Assembly (NCBI GenBank): GCA_965228855.1
Contig: CBDDIJ010000005.1
Coordinates: forward strand, 96,001 to 160,000
Direction: 5' to 3'
DNA length: 64,000 nucleotides
From: Candidatus Obscuribacterales bacterium
Lineage (GTDB): Bacteria > Cyanobacteriota > Vampirovibrionia > Obscuribacterales > Obscuribacteraceae
The number at the start of each line of letters is the position of its first letter. Position 1 is the first letter of the stretch. Under the pieces are notes generated by a model, which worked only from the letters and a program-made list of their open reading frames with translations, ran no database searches and was not told the DNA's origin. The position numbers and the translations under genes are program-made. Positions 9,537 through 19,700 of this stretch are shown piece after piece.

Positions 9537-10496
9537 TCAATTGAGGAGTATTGAGCACTTGATTGCGTCGAGCACTCTCATCTGCTTCAGAGCGTCCTCA
9601 ACATCGAATTCAAGACTGGTATCATTTAAAGCCGCGTTCGAAAAATGATCAAACAGATTGAGATAGTGATTTGCCGCCGGCAACACTATCTCTTCTTCAT
9701 TCAGGAAGATCGAAGCTGTTTCATGGGGCTGCCAGGCCCGCGGGAAATAGATGCGGCCTTTCTCTCCCACAACCTCCAGATCTGTTCGATAAGGGAGATG
9801 ATAACCGGCATCAAAAAGAGCCCGTCCGGATGAAAATTCCATGATGCCACTAATATTGGTATCAACGTCCAGCTCTGCGTGAATGTCTCCACGCGCAAAA
9901 ACATTAGTGGGCTCCTCCGCAAAATAGTATCGCGCCGCACTGACCGGATAGCATCCGACGTCGAGCAAACAGCCGCCTCCAAGCTCTTTGTCCAGCCGAA
10001 TGCCTGTTTTGGCAGTCAGCAGGTAGGTGAATGAAGAACGCACCAGTCTAACTTTTCCGATTGCATCCTGGGCAATTAACTCTTTCGCTTTGCGATGCTG
10101 TGGATGAAACGGCCACATCATCGCCTCCATGACTTTCAGACCGGTACGAACAACCTCTGCCTTAACTCTGAGTAAATCGGTAACGTTAGTCGCAAAAGGT
10201 TTTTCAACTAAAACGTGCTTGCCTTTTTCCATCGCTTTGATCGCCCATTGGCAATGCATTGAATTCGGCAAGGGAATATGAACAGCCTCGATGTCAGGGT
10301 CGTCGAGCATGTGATCGTAAGAGTCATAAATTTCAGGCAGTGAAAACTGCTCGGCAAATTTTTCAGACTTCTCGCGCGTTCGGCTTGCAACTCCGAGAAG
10401 TTCCACAACAGGGGAAAGCATCATCGCCGGAATACTGCGCCGTCGCGCAAATCCTGAGCCGCCGAGCACTCCCCATTTCAACCGCCGCATAATCAA
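9537..10496 (-). CDS. Gfo/Idh/MocA family oxidoreductase
   Basis: WGVLGGSGFA Rossmann start, HVLVEKP, GGGCLLDVGCY. Confidence 0.92.
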   Translation of the reverse strand: MIMRRLKWGVLGGSGFARRRSIPAMMLSPVVELLGVASRTREKSEKFAEQFSLPEIYDSYDHMLDDPDIEAVHIPLPNSMHCQWAIKAMEKGKHVLVEKPFATNVTDLLRVKAEVVRTGLKVMEAMMWPFHPQHRKAKELIAQDAIGKVRLVRSSFTYLLTAKTGIRLDKELGGGCLLDVGCYPVSAARYYFAEEPTNVFARGDIHAELDVDTNISGIMEFSSGRALFDAGYHLPYRTDLEVVGEKGRIYFPRAWQPHETASIFLNEEEIVLPAANHYLNLFDHFSNAALNDTSLEFDVEDALKQMRVLDAIKCSILLN

Positions 10497-10634
10497 CCAC
10501 CTGCGTTCCGAAGCAGAAGAAAGTCTAGCGTAACGAAAGAGTAGCGTAAATGAAGGCGAAAAAAGAAAGTCTGGTCTGAAAGCAACTCCGCCAGCTTCGC
10601 CCCCGCCAACTCTCTTCGCGACACTTTAGTTTAC

Positions 10635-10775
10635 TTCCCCTAATAGGGGAAACGATTTCACAAGGTTTCGGAGGGTTCCGGGCTGAACATCGAAATGCCA
10701 ATCACCCGAATCCAGCTAGAATCAATCAGTTACAGGGTTTCAAATAATCACATCTCAGTTCCCCTATTGAGGGAT
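10635..10775. promoter_or_regulatory. Two copies of a palindromic operator-like site
   Basis: TTCCCCTA-A-TAGGGGAA (10635-10651, perfect) and TTCCCCTATTGAGGGAT (10759-10775, 14/17 to its reverse complement) between divergent genes. Confidence 0.55.
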
Positions 10776-10849
10776 ACGTTTTAAGGAGTGAAAAAGAGGT
10801 AATACGGTCCCCTTCATGTCGTTTCTTTTATCGTGCACTACAATGAAAA

Positions 10850-11977
10850 ATGCGACTTTACTCATTCGATTCAGAGGTCATTTTGATTTCGCAAATCAAA
10901 GCAAGAAAGCTGGTTGCATCAGGCGCGATCACTGTTTTTTCCGCCGCAGTTGCGCTCACCTGCGACGTCGCGCGGGCACAGATCCTGATGGACGGCAAGG
11001 AGATCTCTCAAGGCGCTTACGACGCATTTAATGCTGGACGCAACTTTCTTCATTCCAACAATAATGCAGACGCGGTTGAATCACTTCGGAAAGCTTCCGA
11101 GCTGGCACCAGATAACGCGGACATCCATCATATGTACGCAGTCGCGCTGGCAAAAACAGGTCAATCAGTCGCAGCTATCAATGAGCTCAGGACCGCGCTA
11201 AACTTGAATTCTAATCTTGCCGCAACTTGGGTTACGCTTGGCGGGCTCTACCAATCAACCGGTCAGCTAGATAAGTCGATCGAAACGTTTCGAACTTACC
11301 TGAGTCGCTTTCCGGCAGACCGCGATGCGAAGAAAATAGCAAGCTTGGTTTCGGGGCTTGAAGGCGAGCGTGCAAAGATGATCGCGACATACGGTCAAGC
11401 TGGTCAGCCGCAAGTGAGTGAAACGGATTACTACGTTGAAGTCACTCGCGAAGGGATTATCCGATGGCAGCCGGCGCAGATGCCGCTCAAAGTTTATGTC
11501 ACACCGGGCGACTCTGTGCCAGGTTTTCGACCGCAGTTCGCGGATATTTTGAAACAGTCGTTCGCAGCCTGGAGTCAGGCTTCCAACGGTCTAGTCTCAT
11601 TCGCGCTGGTAGATCGGCCGGAGCAAGCACAAATAATTTGTCAGTGGTCGGATGATCCGAACAAATTTAAAAACATCGCAGAAGCAGGTCATGCGGTGCT
11701 CGATTCGTCGACGAAAACCGGTCTGGTGCGCGGCACGATCACGTTTCTAACGGTTCCACTGGTAGAGCAAAATCCAGTCACGGATAATCGTATGCGACGC
11801 ACCTGCCTGCACGAAATCGGTCACGTGCTAGGACTTGCCGGACATACGGCCAATCCCGACGATGCCATGTTTCACACAATGGGCGTAGCAGACACCTGGA
11901 AAGATCTGACCCAACGCGATGCAAATACTATCGTCAGACTGTACACTCTTAGCTCGGAACAACGCGCCAGCCGCTGA
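10850..11977 (+). CDS. TPR + matrixin-type (metzincin) Zn metalloprotease, probably exported
   Basis: Hydrophobic N-terminal segment, about 3 TPRs, HEIGHVLGLAGH and downstream Met-turn (DAMF); true start uncertain. Confidence 0.85.
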   Translation: MRLYSFDSEVILISQIKARKLVASGAITVFSAAVALTCDVARAQILMDGKEISQGAYDAFNAGRNFLHSNNNADAVESLRKASELAPDNADIHHMYAVALAKTGQSVAAINELRTALNLNSNLAATWVTLGGLYQSTGQLDKSIETFRTYLSRFPADRDAKKIASLVSGLEGERAKMIATYGQAGQPQVSETDYYVEVTREGIIRWQPAQMPLKVYVTPGDSVPGFRPQFADILKQSFAAWSQASNGLVSFALVDRPEQAQIICQWSDDPNKFKNIAEAGHAVLDSSTKTGLVRGTITFLTVPLVEQNPVTDNRMRRTCLHEIGHVLGLAGHTANPDDAMFHTMGVADTWKDLTQRDANTIVRLYTLSSEQRASR

Positions 11978-12071
11978 ATATGGTTGCGTATGTGGTGTCA
12001 AACGATGGCACTGCAGTCTATTTAAGTGGGCATTGCGGATTTGAAATGAGCGAGGCTGATTCTACATTCGC

Positions 12072-12731
12072 TCAGTTGCTGCGTGGCTCGGGACGAGGCT
12101 TTTGCCAGTGTCGCATAACTTCGGGGAAATCAACCTTGTCGCGCTCGCGAAATGGGTTTAAACCCATTCGCGTCACGAGTGAGTCACCGTCTCTGTTAAT
12201 CTCCTCGAAATTTCTACGCAGATATCTGGCGCCCAGTTCAACAACAGGTTCGCGACCTCCTCTATAAGGACCATTGGAATTTACATATGCGGGCTTGTCT
12301 ATGAATCGATCGAGATACTCGCGCGTGTAGTTAGCTCCACCTCGCCCATGCACAAACAGCATCATCAGACCGGGAAGCACGCCCCGCCGGTCCAGAGCTT
12401 CGTAGACACCTTCCATGTTTGGATGCCCTCGAAGCGCCCCCCAACCTGCGAGCGTCTGGTTTAGCAGGTGATATTTCTGCCCGACGTCATCACTGCCATC
12501 CGCCCAGGCAGTTACAGTTTCCTTCGCAAGCCTCGTCGCATCCTCTTCGTAAAGCTCCGCAAGAAGCTGTCCGGACAAGGGGAATTCGAGGTTATCTCCA
12601 ACCGACCTCACCATGTAATCGGGCAGTAAGCTTTCCAACGGAATGTTCTGACGCAACAACGGATCCGGGAAAAGACGATCCTCATCACTGCGCATTTGAC
12701 GGATTTCTTCAGCACTCAGCCTTCTTTCCAC
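12072..12731 (-). CDS. Hypothetical protein
   Basis: 219-aa ORF; EF-hand-like INRDGDSLVT near C-terminus; no family recognised. Confidence 0.55.
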   Translation of the reverse strand: MERRLSAEEIRQMRSDEDRLFPDPLLRQNIPLESLLPDYMVRSVGDNLEFPLSGQLLAELYEEDATRLAKETVTAWADGSDDVGQKYHLLNQTLAGWGALRGHPNMEGVYEALDRRGVLPGLMMLFVHGRGGANYTREYLDRFIDKPAYVNSNGPYRGGREPVVELGARYLRRNFEEINRDGDSLVTRMGLNPFRERDKVDFPEVMRHWQKPRPEPRSN

Positions 12732-12963
12732 GGTTACACCTCAAGAGAAACGACGACTCATTGTGTTTGAGCAACGGCAACCTATGTGCAACTGAAACAG
12801 TTCGAGGTCCGCAAACTAAACATACTGGTGCCAAAGAGCGCAAAAATGCCAAGAGGTGTTACAGCCAGAATAAGATGTTTTAAATGTAAAGCACCCGAAC
12901 CCCGGATGTGCCCTTAAACTGTTATCTGCACAGAAGCGTTCGGCGTTTACTGGAAGAGGCATT

Positions 12964-14403
12964 TTGGGCGACCAATATAAGGAATCACGCAGCTGGAACG
13001 ACGACAAACCCAGCAAGCTCAGACTTGGGTTGTCGATAGCAGCTATAGGTTTGACACTGGCGGCGGTGGCACTCTCGGTCACGTATGTAGCCTTCCCCTG
13101 CAAAGCCGGTCAACAAGACTCCGTCGCTTGTCGCATGGAAAATGCGAAACAGGCTGCTGCCAACGCGCTGTCTTCAGTGCCATTTATTCCTAGACTCGAT
13201 GAACGTATGAACGTGCTCATCATGGGAGTCGATTGGAACGGCGACGACGCCGAGAGGTATCAGGGCAATCGCTCCGACACGATGATGCTGGTTTCACTCG
13301 ATCCTGATCACGATAAAGTAGGAATCATTTCAATTCCTCGCGACAGCCGCGTGTCGGTGGGCCGCCACCTGAGCAAAATAAATCAAGCGCATGCTGTTGG
13401 TGGTCCGGAATATGCCGTTGAGACAGTGAAGAACAATTTCAATGTTCCGGTCGACCATTACGTCGTAGTCGACACGATGGGCTTGAAGGATCTATTCAAA
13501 CTGCTTGGGCCGGTAGAAGTTGTCGTCGAAAAAGAAATGCACTACGAGGATAAAACTTCCGGGCTCAAAATTGATCTCAAACCCGGAAAACAAATGCTCA
13601 CTGCTGAGCAAGCAGAGGGCTATGTTCGCTTCCGAAAAGATGCGTACGCAGATATCGGACGGATGGAGAGACAACAATGGTTTCTTCGCCAGTCACTCAG
13701 CAAGCTGAAAGATCCGACAGTCCTGTTGAAGGCTCCCCAGCTGGTTGAAGCCGGCTACAAATGCGTAAAGACTGACTTGCCGCCTGACAAAATTGCGGCG
13801 ATTATGTCGTTTGTGAAAGACTTGAAGCCTGGATCTGTTTTAACCTCGACACTGCCGGGCGATGGCGCCACCATAGATGGTGTCAACTATTTTATTCTCG
13901 ATGAGAAAGGAACACAAAATATTTTCGAGCGCTTCGCGCTCGTCGCACCGGAGTCACGCAGTCAGCGCCGCGAACGCCGAGAAACCGCTACATACTCGGG
14001 AGACGAAGAAACGCTTCGCAAGAAAACCCGAATCACCATCAGGTACAGAGAAGCGGCGCAGGGTCAGGCCGAATTTATGGCTAATCAACTTAAGGAGCGT
14101 GGATGGCGGGTTCGCACGATTCTCACGCACCTGGACAATGACTGCCAGCACGCGCAAATCAACCTGAATAATCGCAGGGCAACCGCTGAAGTAATATCGA
14201 TGGTGTGCAGCGATTTACCGGAGATATCCGACTGGCCCGTCGTTGTGAAATACGGACAACTGGCGGGCTGCGAACTGTCAGTTGTTTTACCCGGACCGGC
14301 GCACGTCGCCGGAATGCAGGGCACGACAGCAACTGCCGCAGTGCCTCCTAATTCGGAACCTATAAATAGCAATAGCGAAACGCCGCTGATTCAAACTCAG
14401 TAG
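12964..14403 (+). CDS. LCP (LytR-CpsA-Psr) family glycopolymer transferase with LytR_C-like tail
   Basis: TM anchor, NVLIMGVD, RSDTMML, SIPRDS, YVRFR, DIGRMERQQ. Confidence 0.92.
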   Translation: MGDQYKESRSWNDDKPSKLRLGLSIAAIGLTLAAVALSVTYVAFPCKAGQQDSVACRMENAKQAAANALSSVPFIPRLDERMNVLIMGVDWNGDDAERYQGNRSDTMMLVSLDPDHDKVGIISIPRDSRVSVGRHLSKINQAHAVGGPEYAVETVKNNFNVPVDHYVVVDTMGLKDLFKLLGPVEVVVEKEMHYEDKTSGLKIDLKPGKQMLTAEQAEGYVRFRKDAYADIGRMERQQWFLRQSLSKLKDPTVLLKAPQLVEAGYKCVKTDLPPDKIAAIMSFVKDLKPGSVLTSTLPGDGATIDGVNYFILDEKGTQNIFERFALVAPESRSQRRERRETATYSGDEETLRKKTRITIRYREAAQGQAEFMANQLKERGWRVRTILTHLDNDCQHAQINLNNRRATAEVISMVCSDLPEISDWPVVVKYGQLAGCELSVVLPGPAHVAGMQGTTATAAVPPNSEPINSNSETPLIQTQ

Positions 14404-14697
14404 GCTAACTTTCAAAAGCAAAACCAGGCAGGCGAAAGCGCGATTCTAAATCACCCGCCTGGAGTTCGAGAGGATAGCGCGAACACTGCGCTAGGCTAGC
14501 TCAACGAGTTTACAGTTTCAAAATTGCGATCCCGAAAGCGCTGATACCATCACCGTTTCGCCATCCGGCTTATTTTTTCGCGATGGGAATTCTACGCATG
14601 AGGGGGGAAATTCCCCAATTGTTGGAGCTCATGACAAACTCTATGCTCTAAAGCACAACACCCCCTTGGAAGCTGTGACCCGGCAGCGAGGCAAAGA

Positions 14698-14934
14698 ATG
14701 ACAATGTTCAGAGACCCTAGAGATGAAGATCGACTCTGCCAAGTATTAAAGGCATACGTTGAAGAATGGGGCCCGGAAAACGTAATCGTATCCGTGCCAT
14801 CACATTGGAGCGAATACAGCACCAACAGCCTCGGTCGCGTAAGACTGGAATTCGCGACACAAAACACTGTTTCCATCCGAGTCGAATACGACTTCGTGAG
14901 ACTTAAGTACGACGTGGCTCTCCAAGCCGCATAA
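14698..14934 (+). CDS. Small hypothetical protein
   Basis: 78-aa ORF, GAGG upstream, terminator downstream. Confidence 0.55.
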   Translation: MTMFRDPRDEDRLCQVLKAYVEEWGPENVIVSVPSHWSEYSTNSLGRVRLEFATQNTVSIRVEYDFVRLKYDVALQAA

Positions 14935-14977
14935 CAAAGTTTTATCAGATCCCACGATCTACTTTCCTCCTTGTATT

Positions 14978-15009
14978 GAAGCCCTGTGGTGGGGCTTCTT
15001 TCACTTTTT
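14978..15009 (+). terminator. Intrinsic terminator
   Basis: GAAGCCCTG...TGGGGCTTC stem followed by TTTCACTTTT. Confidence 0.65.
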
Positions 15010-15158
15010 GCGGCAATGCCTCGAGTGCACCGGACAGCAGCTATTCATGCGGCGCGCTGAATGTTTCAAACGAATCTTTCAATCAACACATTGCGAAAGT
15101 AATTTGCTATATTCTAGTAACTCGCTACTGGCCAGCCGCTGTCCATCTCGGCTTTATC

Positions 15159-16541
15159 ATGATTGCGGATTCATACGGAAACACCAAAACTTCATCTTCT
15201 TGCCTCGACCTCGACGCAGTCCTCTGCACGGAGGAACTCGACCTGGCGCCGTCAAAAGAAGCACAGTACAAGCTGGAAGCTGAACTGCTTACCGACCTTG
15301 CCGTTCAACTTGCGGAACAGCCTGAGTCAATTCTGCAAGCTCTCACCGACTTGATTGTTGAAAGATTAGGGTTTCAGTCAGCTGGAGTGAGCTTGCTAAC
15401 TCCGGATCAAAGGGCATTTTATTGGCCGGCGGTTTCGGGAATCTGGGAACCAAATCGCCACGGCGGAACTCCGCGCGACTTCGGACCATGCGGGGACGTT
15501 ATCGATCGCAAAACTCATTTGCTGTTTAAACAGCCGGCGCGCCGCTACCAATACATCAACGAAATGGAGCCACCGATCTACTGGTGCCTGCTGGTTCCTT
15601 TTTATCATTATGACGACCCCGTGGGTACAATCTGGGTGCTCATTCATGATGAGGAAACCCATTTCGATAAAGAAGACCTTCGACTTTTGAAGAGTATCAG
15701 CAAATTCGCCTCCGCGGTTTATGCCCATCAGAGAACTCAGGAAATCGCTATGCATGCGGAGATCGAGTTATCACGCTTAAAAAGAGAACTGAAAATATTA
15801 TCGGAAAACACCGGCGAAGATTTAGAGAGCAGATTGGAATCGGTCGCCGTTGACCTTCTCAAATCAGATGAAGAGCTACGCAGTGTCTCGTTTTTACTTA
15901 CACAGCAGATTCAAGAACCAGCAAAAATAGTTTCCAGTTATTTGAAATTGCTTGCGGTTAGATATAAAGATCGCCTTGGTCCCGACGCTGACGAATTCAT
16001 TGATAAATGCCTTGCCGGGTGCGCCTCAATCACTCGGATGTTGGACGATTTGTGGCATTATACCCGTGCCACCACTCCTGCCGAGATGACGTTCATAAAC
16101 TCCGCTACTTCATTGAACGACGCGCTGACCGAACTGGATGAAATGATCAAATCAACCGAAGCGGTGATACGCAGACCTGATACCATGCCAAACGTCTTCT
16201 CTAATAACGAAAGGTTAACCTACGTTTGGAAAGCGGTAATAGAAAATGCGATCAAATACAGACGCTCAGGAACGAAACCTTCGATCGAAATTTCTATAAG
16301 AGACGAAGATGACGATTGGCTGTTCATCGTTAACGACGAAGGAGTTGGTATCGATATTATGGATACAAAAACGATCTTCAAACCTTTTACTCGTCTGAAC
16401 TCTCGCCCCGACAGTACCGGTTCCGGCATGAGCCTGGCTACGGTGCGTCGCATCCTGGAAGCGCACGGCGGCTCAATCTCAGCAGATACGTCGACAAGAA
16501 GCAGAGCGGAATTTGTAATCCGCCTGCCTCGGGTAGATTGA
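15159..16541 (+). CDS. GAF + HisKA/HATPase sensor protein, apparently lacking the phosphoacceptor His
   Basis: GAF-like (LLVPF...PVGTIWV...FDKEDLRLL), N box ENAIKY, G1 DEGVGI, F box; H box reads LTQQIQEP. Confidence 0.85.
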   Translation: MIADSYGNTKTSSSCLDLDAVLCTEELDLAPSKEAQYKLEAELLTDLAVQLAEQPESILQALTDLIVERLGFQSAGVSLLTPDQRAFYWPAVSGIWEPNRHGGTPRDFGPCGDVIDRKTHLLFKQPARRYQYINEMEPPIYWCLLVPFYHYDDPVGTIWVLIHDEETHFDKEDLRLLKSISKFASAVYAHQRTQEIAMHAEIELSRLKRELKILSENTGEDLESRLESVAVDLLKSDEELRSVSFLLTQQIQEPAKIVSSYLKLLAVRYKDRLGPDADEFIDKCLAGCASITRMLDDLWHYTRATTPAEMTFINSATSLNDALTELDEMIKSTEAVIRRPDTMPNVFSNNERLTYVWKAVIENAIKYRRSGTKPSIEISIRDEDDDWLFIVNDEGVGIDIMDTKTIFKPFTRLNSRPDSTGSGMSLATVRRILEAHGGSISADTSTRSRAEFVIRLPRVD

Positions 16542-16636
16542 AGTCAAATAACTGTTCCGAGTATTTGCCCAGGACCACTGTTGGTTATATGGTGCAGACG
16601 GAATTCCCAAAAGCAGGAGAAACAGCAGTTCGGCTT

Positions 16637-17758
16637 TTATGCAATCGATGTCATCGCCACAGGCGTCAATACTCCATTCATGACGGTCAAGCTATTTCCG
16701 TCATTGAAGATTGCTTGCAAAGGCATTCCCGTTCTTTTCACTTCTTCCAGCAATTCCACGCTGCGTCTGGCCGTAAGCCGTTTCTCATTAACCATAAACG
16801 ACAGACTGCGCGCCGCTTGCATGACGATCGGATCGACCAACAAGAAATCCGCTAGCACTTCGCCTAAAGAACGTCGGTCTTCCAATGCAATCTCTAGACA
16901 AAACACTATGTCTTCGAGTTGGACAAGATTGGAGCACATGAGCAGATTGCCCAGAGCGCGGTCGTTTGTCGAGATCGGAACCTGGGAGACCAAACGCGCT
17001 TCATGCGTCATACCGTCTGCGACACCATACATGGTGTCAGTGTCTCTCAAGATACTGATCACTGTGAGTACCAGATCGTGATACTGAAGTTTATTGCTAT
17101 TTACCGCCGCCAAACATTCAAGCAATACCTTCAGCAACTGACCGGACATCATATTGTTTTTCATGAGCGCAAATCCGAGCGTCACGCCCCTTGATAGACA
17201 CTCCTGACGAACTGCCAGCAATTCTTGCTGAGAAAACATTCCGCAATTTTCGAGAAGCTCATACAGTCTGAAATTGGAAAATGGATTGCTCGGATGCAAG
17301 CCCAGGTCCCAGAGTGCATCATCAAATTCGATAAAGTGGTGGCATGCGAAAGACAATGCGATCGCTGCGAAATCACGATAGATCGCACCGGCTTCAATAT
17401 ATTGGATTGCCCGTTCCACTGCTCGCATGTCGGAGTGCGAAATGCGACCTGACAGAGAAAGAATCTCAAACGGAGTCAGGTCTCCTTTGCGAGAAACTTC
17501 GATAGCATCGCGCATGACGTGATCGGGCACTATACCTGAGGCTCTGAGCAACCATGACATCAAAGGCTCATCACCGCAAAGTTTTGGAAATCTGGTAAGT
17601 TCGATATTAAACAAGCTTTTGCCCTGACGTGCATTGGTTCGCGACGTCGGATCAGTTTTGGCATTCTCCGCAGCTTCGCTCGTGAACGGGCGGAATATGC
17701 TGTTCAGGTCGTAACCCGGAGGCTCTTTAGGGGATGAGGATGTTAGTGTTGAAAACAT
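16637..17758 (-). CDS. Hypothetical protein with repeated degenerate MshEN-like (LGxxL) motifs
   Basis: LGFALMKNNMM, ALGNLLMCSNLV, SLGEVLADFLLV, RLYELLENCGMF. Confidence 0.6.
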   Translation of the reverse strand: MFSTLTSSSPKEPPGYDLNSIFRPFTSEAAENAKTDPTSRTNARQGKSLFNIELTRFPKLCGDEPLMSWLLRASGIVPDHVMRDAIEVSRKGDLTPFEILSLSGRISHSDMRAVERAIQYIEAGAIYRDFAAIALSFACHHFIEFDDALWDLGLHPSNPFSNFRLYELLENCGMFSQQELLAVRQECLSRGVTLGFALMKNNMMSGQLLKVLLECLAAVNSNKLQYHDLVLTVISILRDTDTMYGVADGMTHEARLVSQVPISTNDRALGNLLMCSNLVQLEDIVFCLEIALEDRRSLGEVLADFLLVDPIVMQAARSLSFMVNEKRLTARRSVELLEEVKRTGMPLQAIFNDGNSLTVMNGVLTPVAMTSIA

Positions 17759-18251
17759 GGGGCGTTCTTCGTGGTATGTACTGGCTCGGATACCGATGAG
17801 CTCGCTTGGTGAACGGTGTCGGGGTGGACCGTTTGATTTTGGAACCTGCGCGCGCGCCGTCTAGCACCACATGCAGTGGCACTAAAAGCACGTCGACAAG
17901 ATACCGGATCAGCCGAACCTTGTACATTTGACGATCAGATTATTCAATTTAGATTGGTAATCGGTCGATCAACTTACACGTTTGGCGGAATCAAGCAAAA
18001 CTTCAACCTTAGCAAGTCTTAATATGAATCCAAACGGGATCGAAGTCAATGGGACTCATGGGGAAACTACGTAGTCCAAGAGGGATGAATTTTTGAGCCT
18101 CCACGTGACCACCCCAAAAATATCTTGCTCAAACCTAAAATATCCCCACCAGCAATACATAAGCCGGATCTGGAAAAACCGAGATGCTCTCGCACTACGA
18201 AACGCTGACGCAGGAGTGCATCAAGCGGTCCGCTAACACTGACGGTACCCC

Positions 18252-19412
18252 TTAAAGTTCTATCTCGTGCACGACTTTACGCGAGGCATGGTCGAGGATG
18301 ACGACCTTATGTTTCAGCTTCGGGTATTCCATGCTGAATGCTATTCGCTTCTTCTCGATGCTGTACGGAGCGATTTCGAACCACATTTGAGAATCTTCGT
18401 CCCCATTGGTGACCGAAATAGGTTCCATGTTCTTCAAAGCGTCCTGAAGGTAAAAGTCCGTCGATCGCAGTCTTCGCTGCGAGTTGTTGTCGATTTTCAG
18501 ATCCACTCGCATGACACGACCACCCAAGCCATCCGACACAGCTTTGGAGTTCAAGACCTCAACGTCCAGACCGGCGAGCTGTTTTGGTTTCTTCTTTGGT
18601 GTAGGCTTCGTCGCAACCGGCATAAGCAGGTCTGTGTCGATGTTCATATTAAGGTCATCGCCAGGCTCCAACACGGCAGCCTTGCCCTTCTTCATGGCGG
18701 CGTAGGTGGTGGCGGCGACAGCGCCCAGCGCAGCGCCAGCGGCGAGGTTGTAGCCGTGCATCGAGATGGTTCCGCGAATACCGCCGGTCAACTGATAAGC
18801 GACCATTGTACCCACGATCGCACCACCGGCCGCATAGGAAGCCAGGCGACCGGCTCCCTTGGCCTTACTCTTTCTGGTCGATTTCTTGAAATTGTCAGCT
18901 TGAACACCGAAAGCAAACTTTCGGCCGTCTGGCAGCTTCAATTCTTCAAACTTGATCTTCACCCAGCCCGGACGGTACATCCGCCGCGGCGGCATGATTT
19001 CAGAAACATAGCCGGATAATGTCGTCCCTTCTGGAATTACTCTGTTGGTGTCGACAAAAATATCCTCTGTCGTGGTTGCCGTTATCAGCTGACCTTTCCT
19101 GGCCGGTCGCAATTCACCTTCCAGGTCACGGTCCATCAAGCGAAGACCGGAGGTGGGCACGCTGGTGAGCTTCATCTTGATTGGAGTTCCCTTCGGAACG
19201 CAATATTCAATGCCCCCTTGAAGGGTTAGACCGCCGTCCGGATTGCTCTGACCCGTCACTTTTTTGGTCGGATAGTAATTCTTATCAAGCTCGTGACCGT
19301 CCTGAGAAGGTGAATAGACACGTTCAACAGCCAGGACCGAGAGGGGATTCAACGCGCAAACAAGCGCAGCGGAGAGCGCAACAGCAGCTCTGGTGTTCTT
19401 AAATGTCGACAT
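18252..19412 (-). CDS. Secreted hypothetical protein (beta-rich domain with internal Gly/Ala zipper)
   Basis: Signal peptide, VPKGTPI/VIPEGTTLSG motifs, AAGGAIVG...AAGAALGA segment. Confidence 0.7.
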   Translation of the reverse strand: MSTFKNTRAAVALSAALVCALNPLSVLAVERVYSPSQDGHELDKNYYPTKKVTGQSNPDGGLTLQGGIEYCVPKGTPIKMKLTSVPTSGLRLMDRDLEGELRPARKGQLITATTTEDIFVDTNRVIPEGTTLSGYVSEIMPPRRMYRPGWVKIKFEELKLPDGRKFAFGVQADNFKKSTRKSKAKGAGRLASYAAGGAIVGTMVAYQLTGGIRGTISMHGYNLAAGAALGAVAATTYAAMKKGKAAVLEPGDDLNMNIDTDLLMPVATKPTPKKKPKQLAGLDVEVLNSKAVSDGLGGRVMRVDLKIDNNSQRRLRSTDFYLQDALKNMEPISVTNGDEDSQMWFEIAPYSIEKKRIAFSMEYPKLKHKVVILDHASRKVVHEIEL

Positions 19413-19700
19413 TGAAAGACTTCCTCAACCAAGCGCCAAAGCAACTAATAGAGGCTGCGAGTATATAAGAGTTTCCAATCGGGGGAAAGGCGAGAAAAAT
19501 CATCTTTACATCAAAGCGCCAGTCAGTCACTCATGGCGACGACAGAGATGTCAGGCAGCAGCAATTATGCGACACTAAAATCAACCGCTGCAAATCCTCC
19601 ACAAGAGCGGGCATAAGACCATTGCGAGGGTTCATAATTTGCTGCTAAAAATCTATTGAACCAAATGTTTGCGAACCACTACGATCTAGTCTAGAAAACG

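Noticed and set aside
14600..14960. tmRNA, suggested by the ALQAA-ending reading frame
   Set aside because: No tRNA-like GGGG 5' end with matching T-arm and CCA; it is an ordinary ATG-initiated ORF
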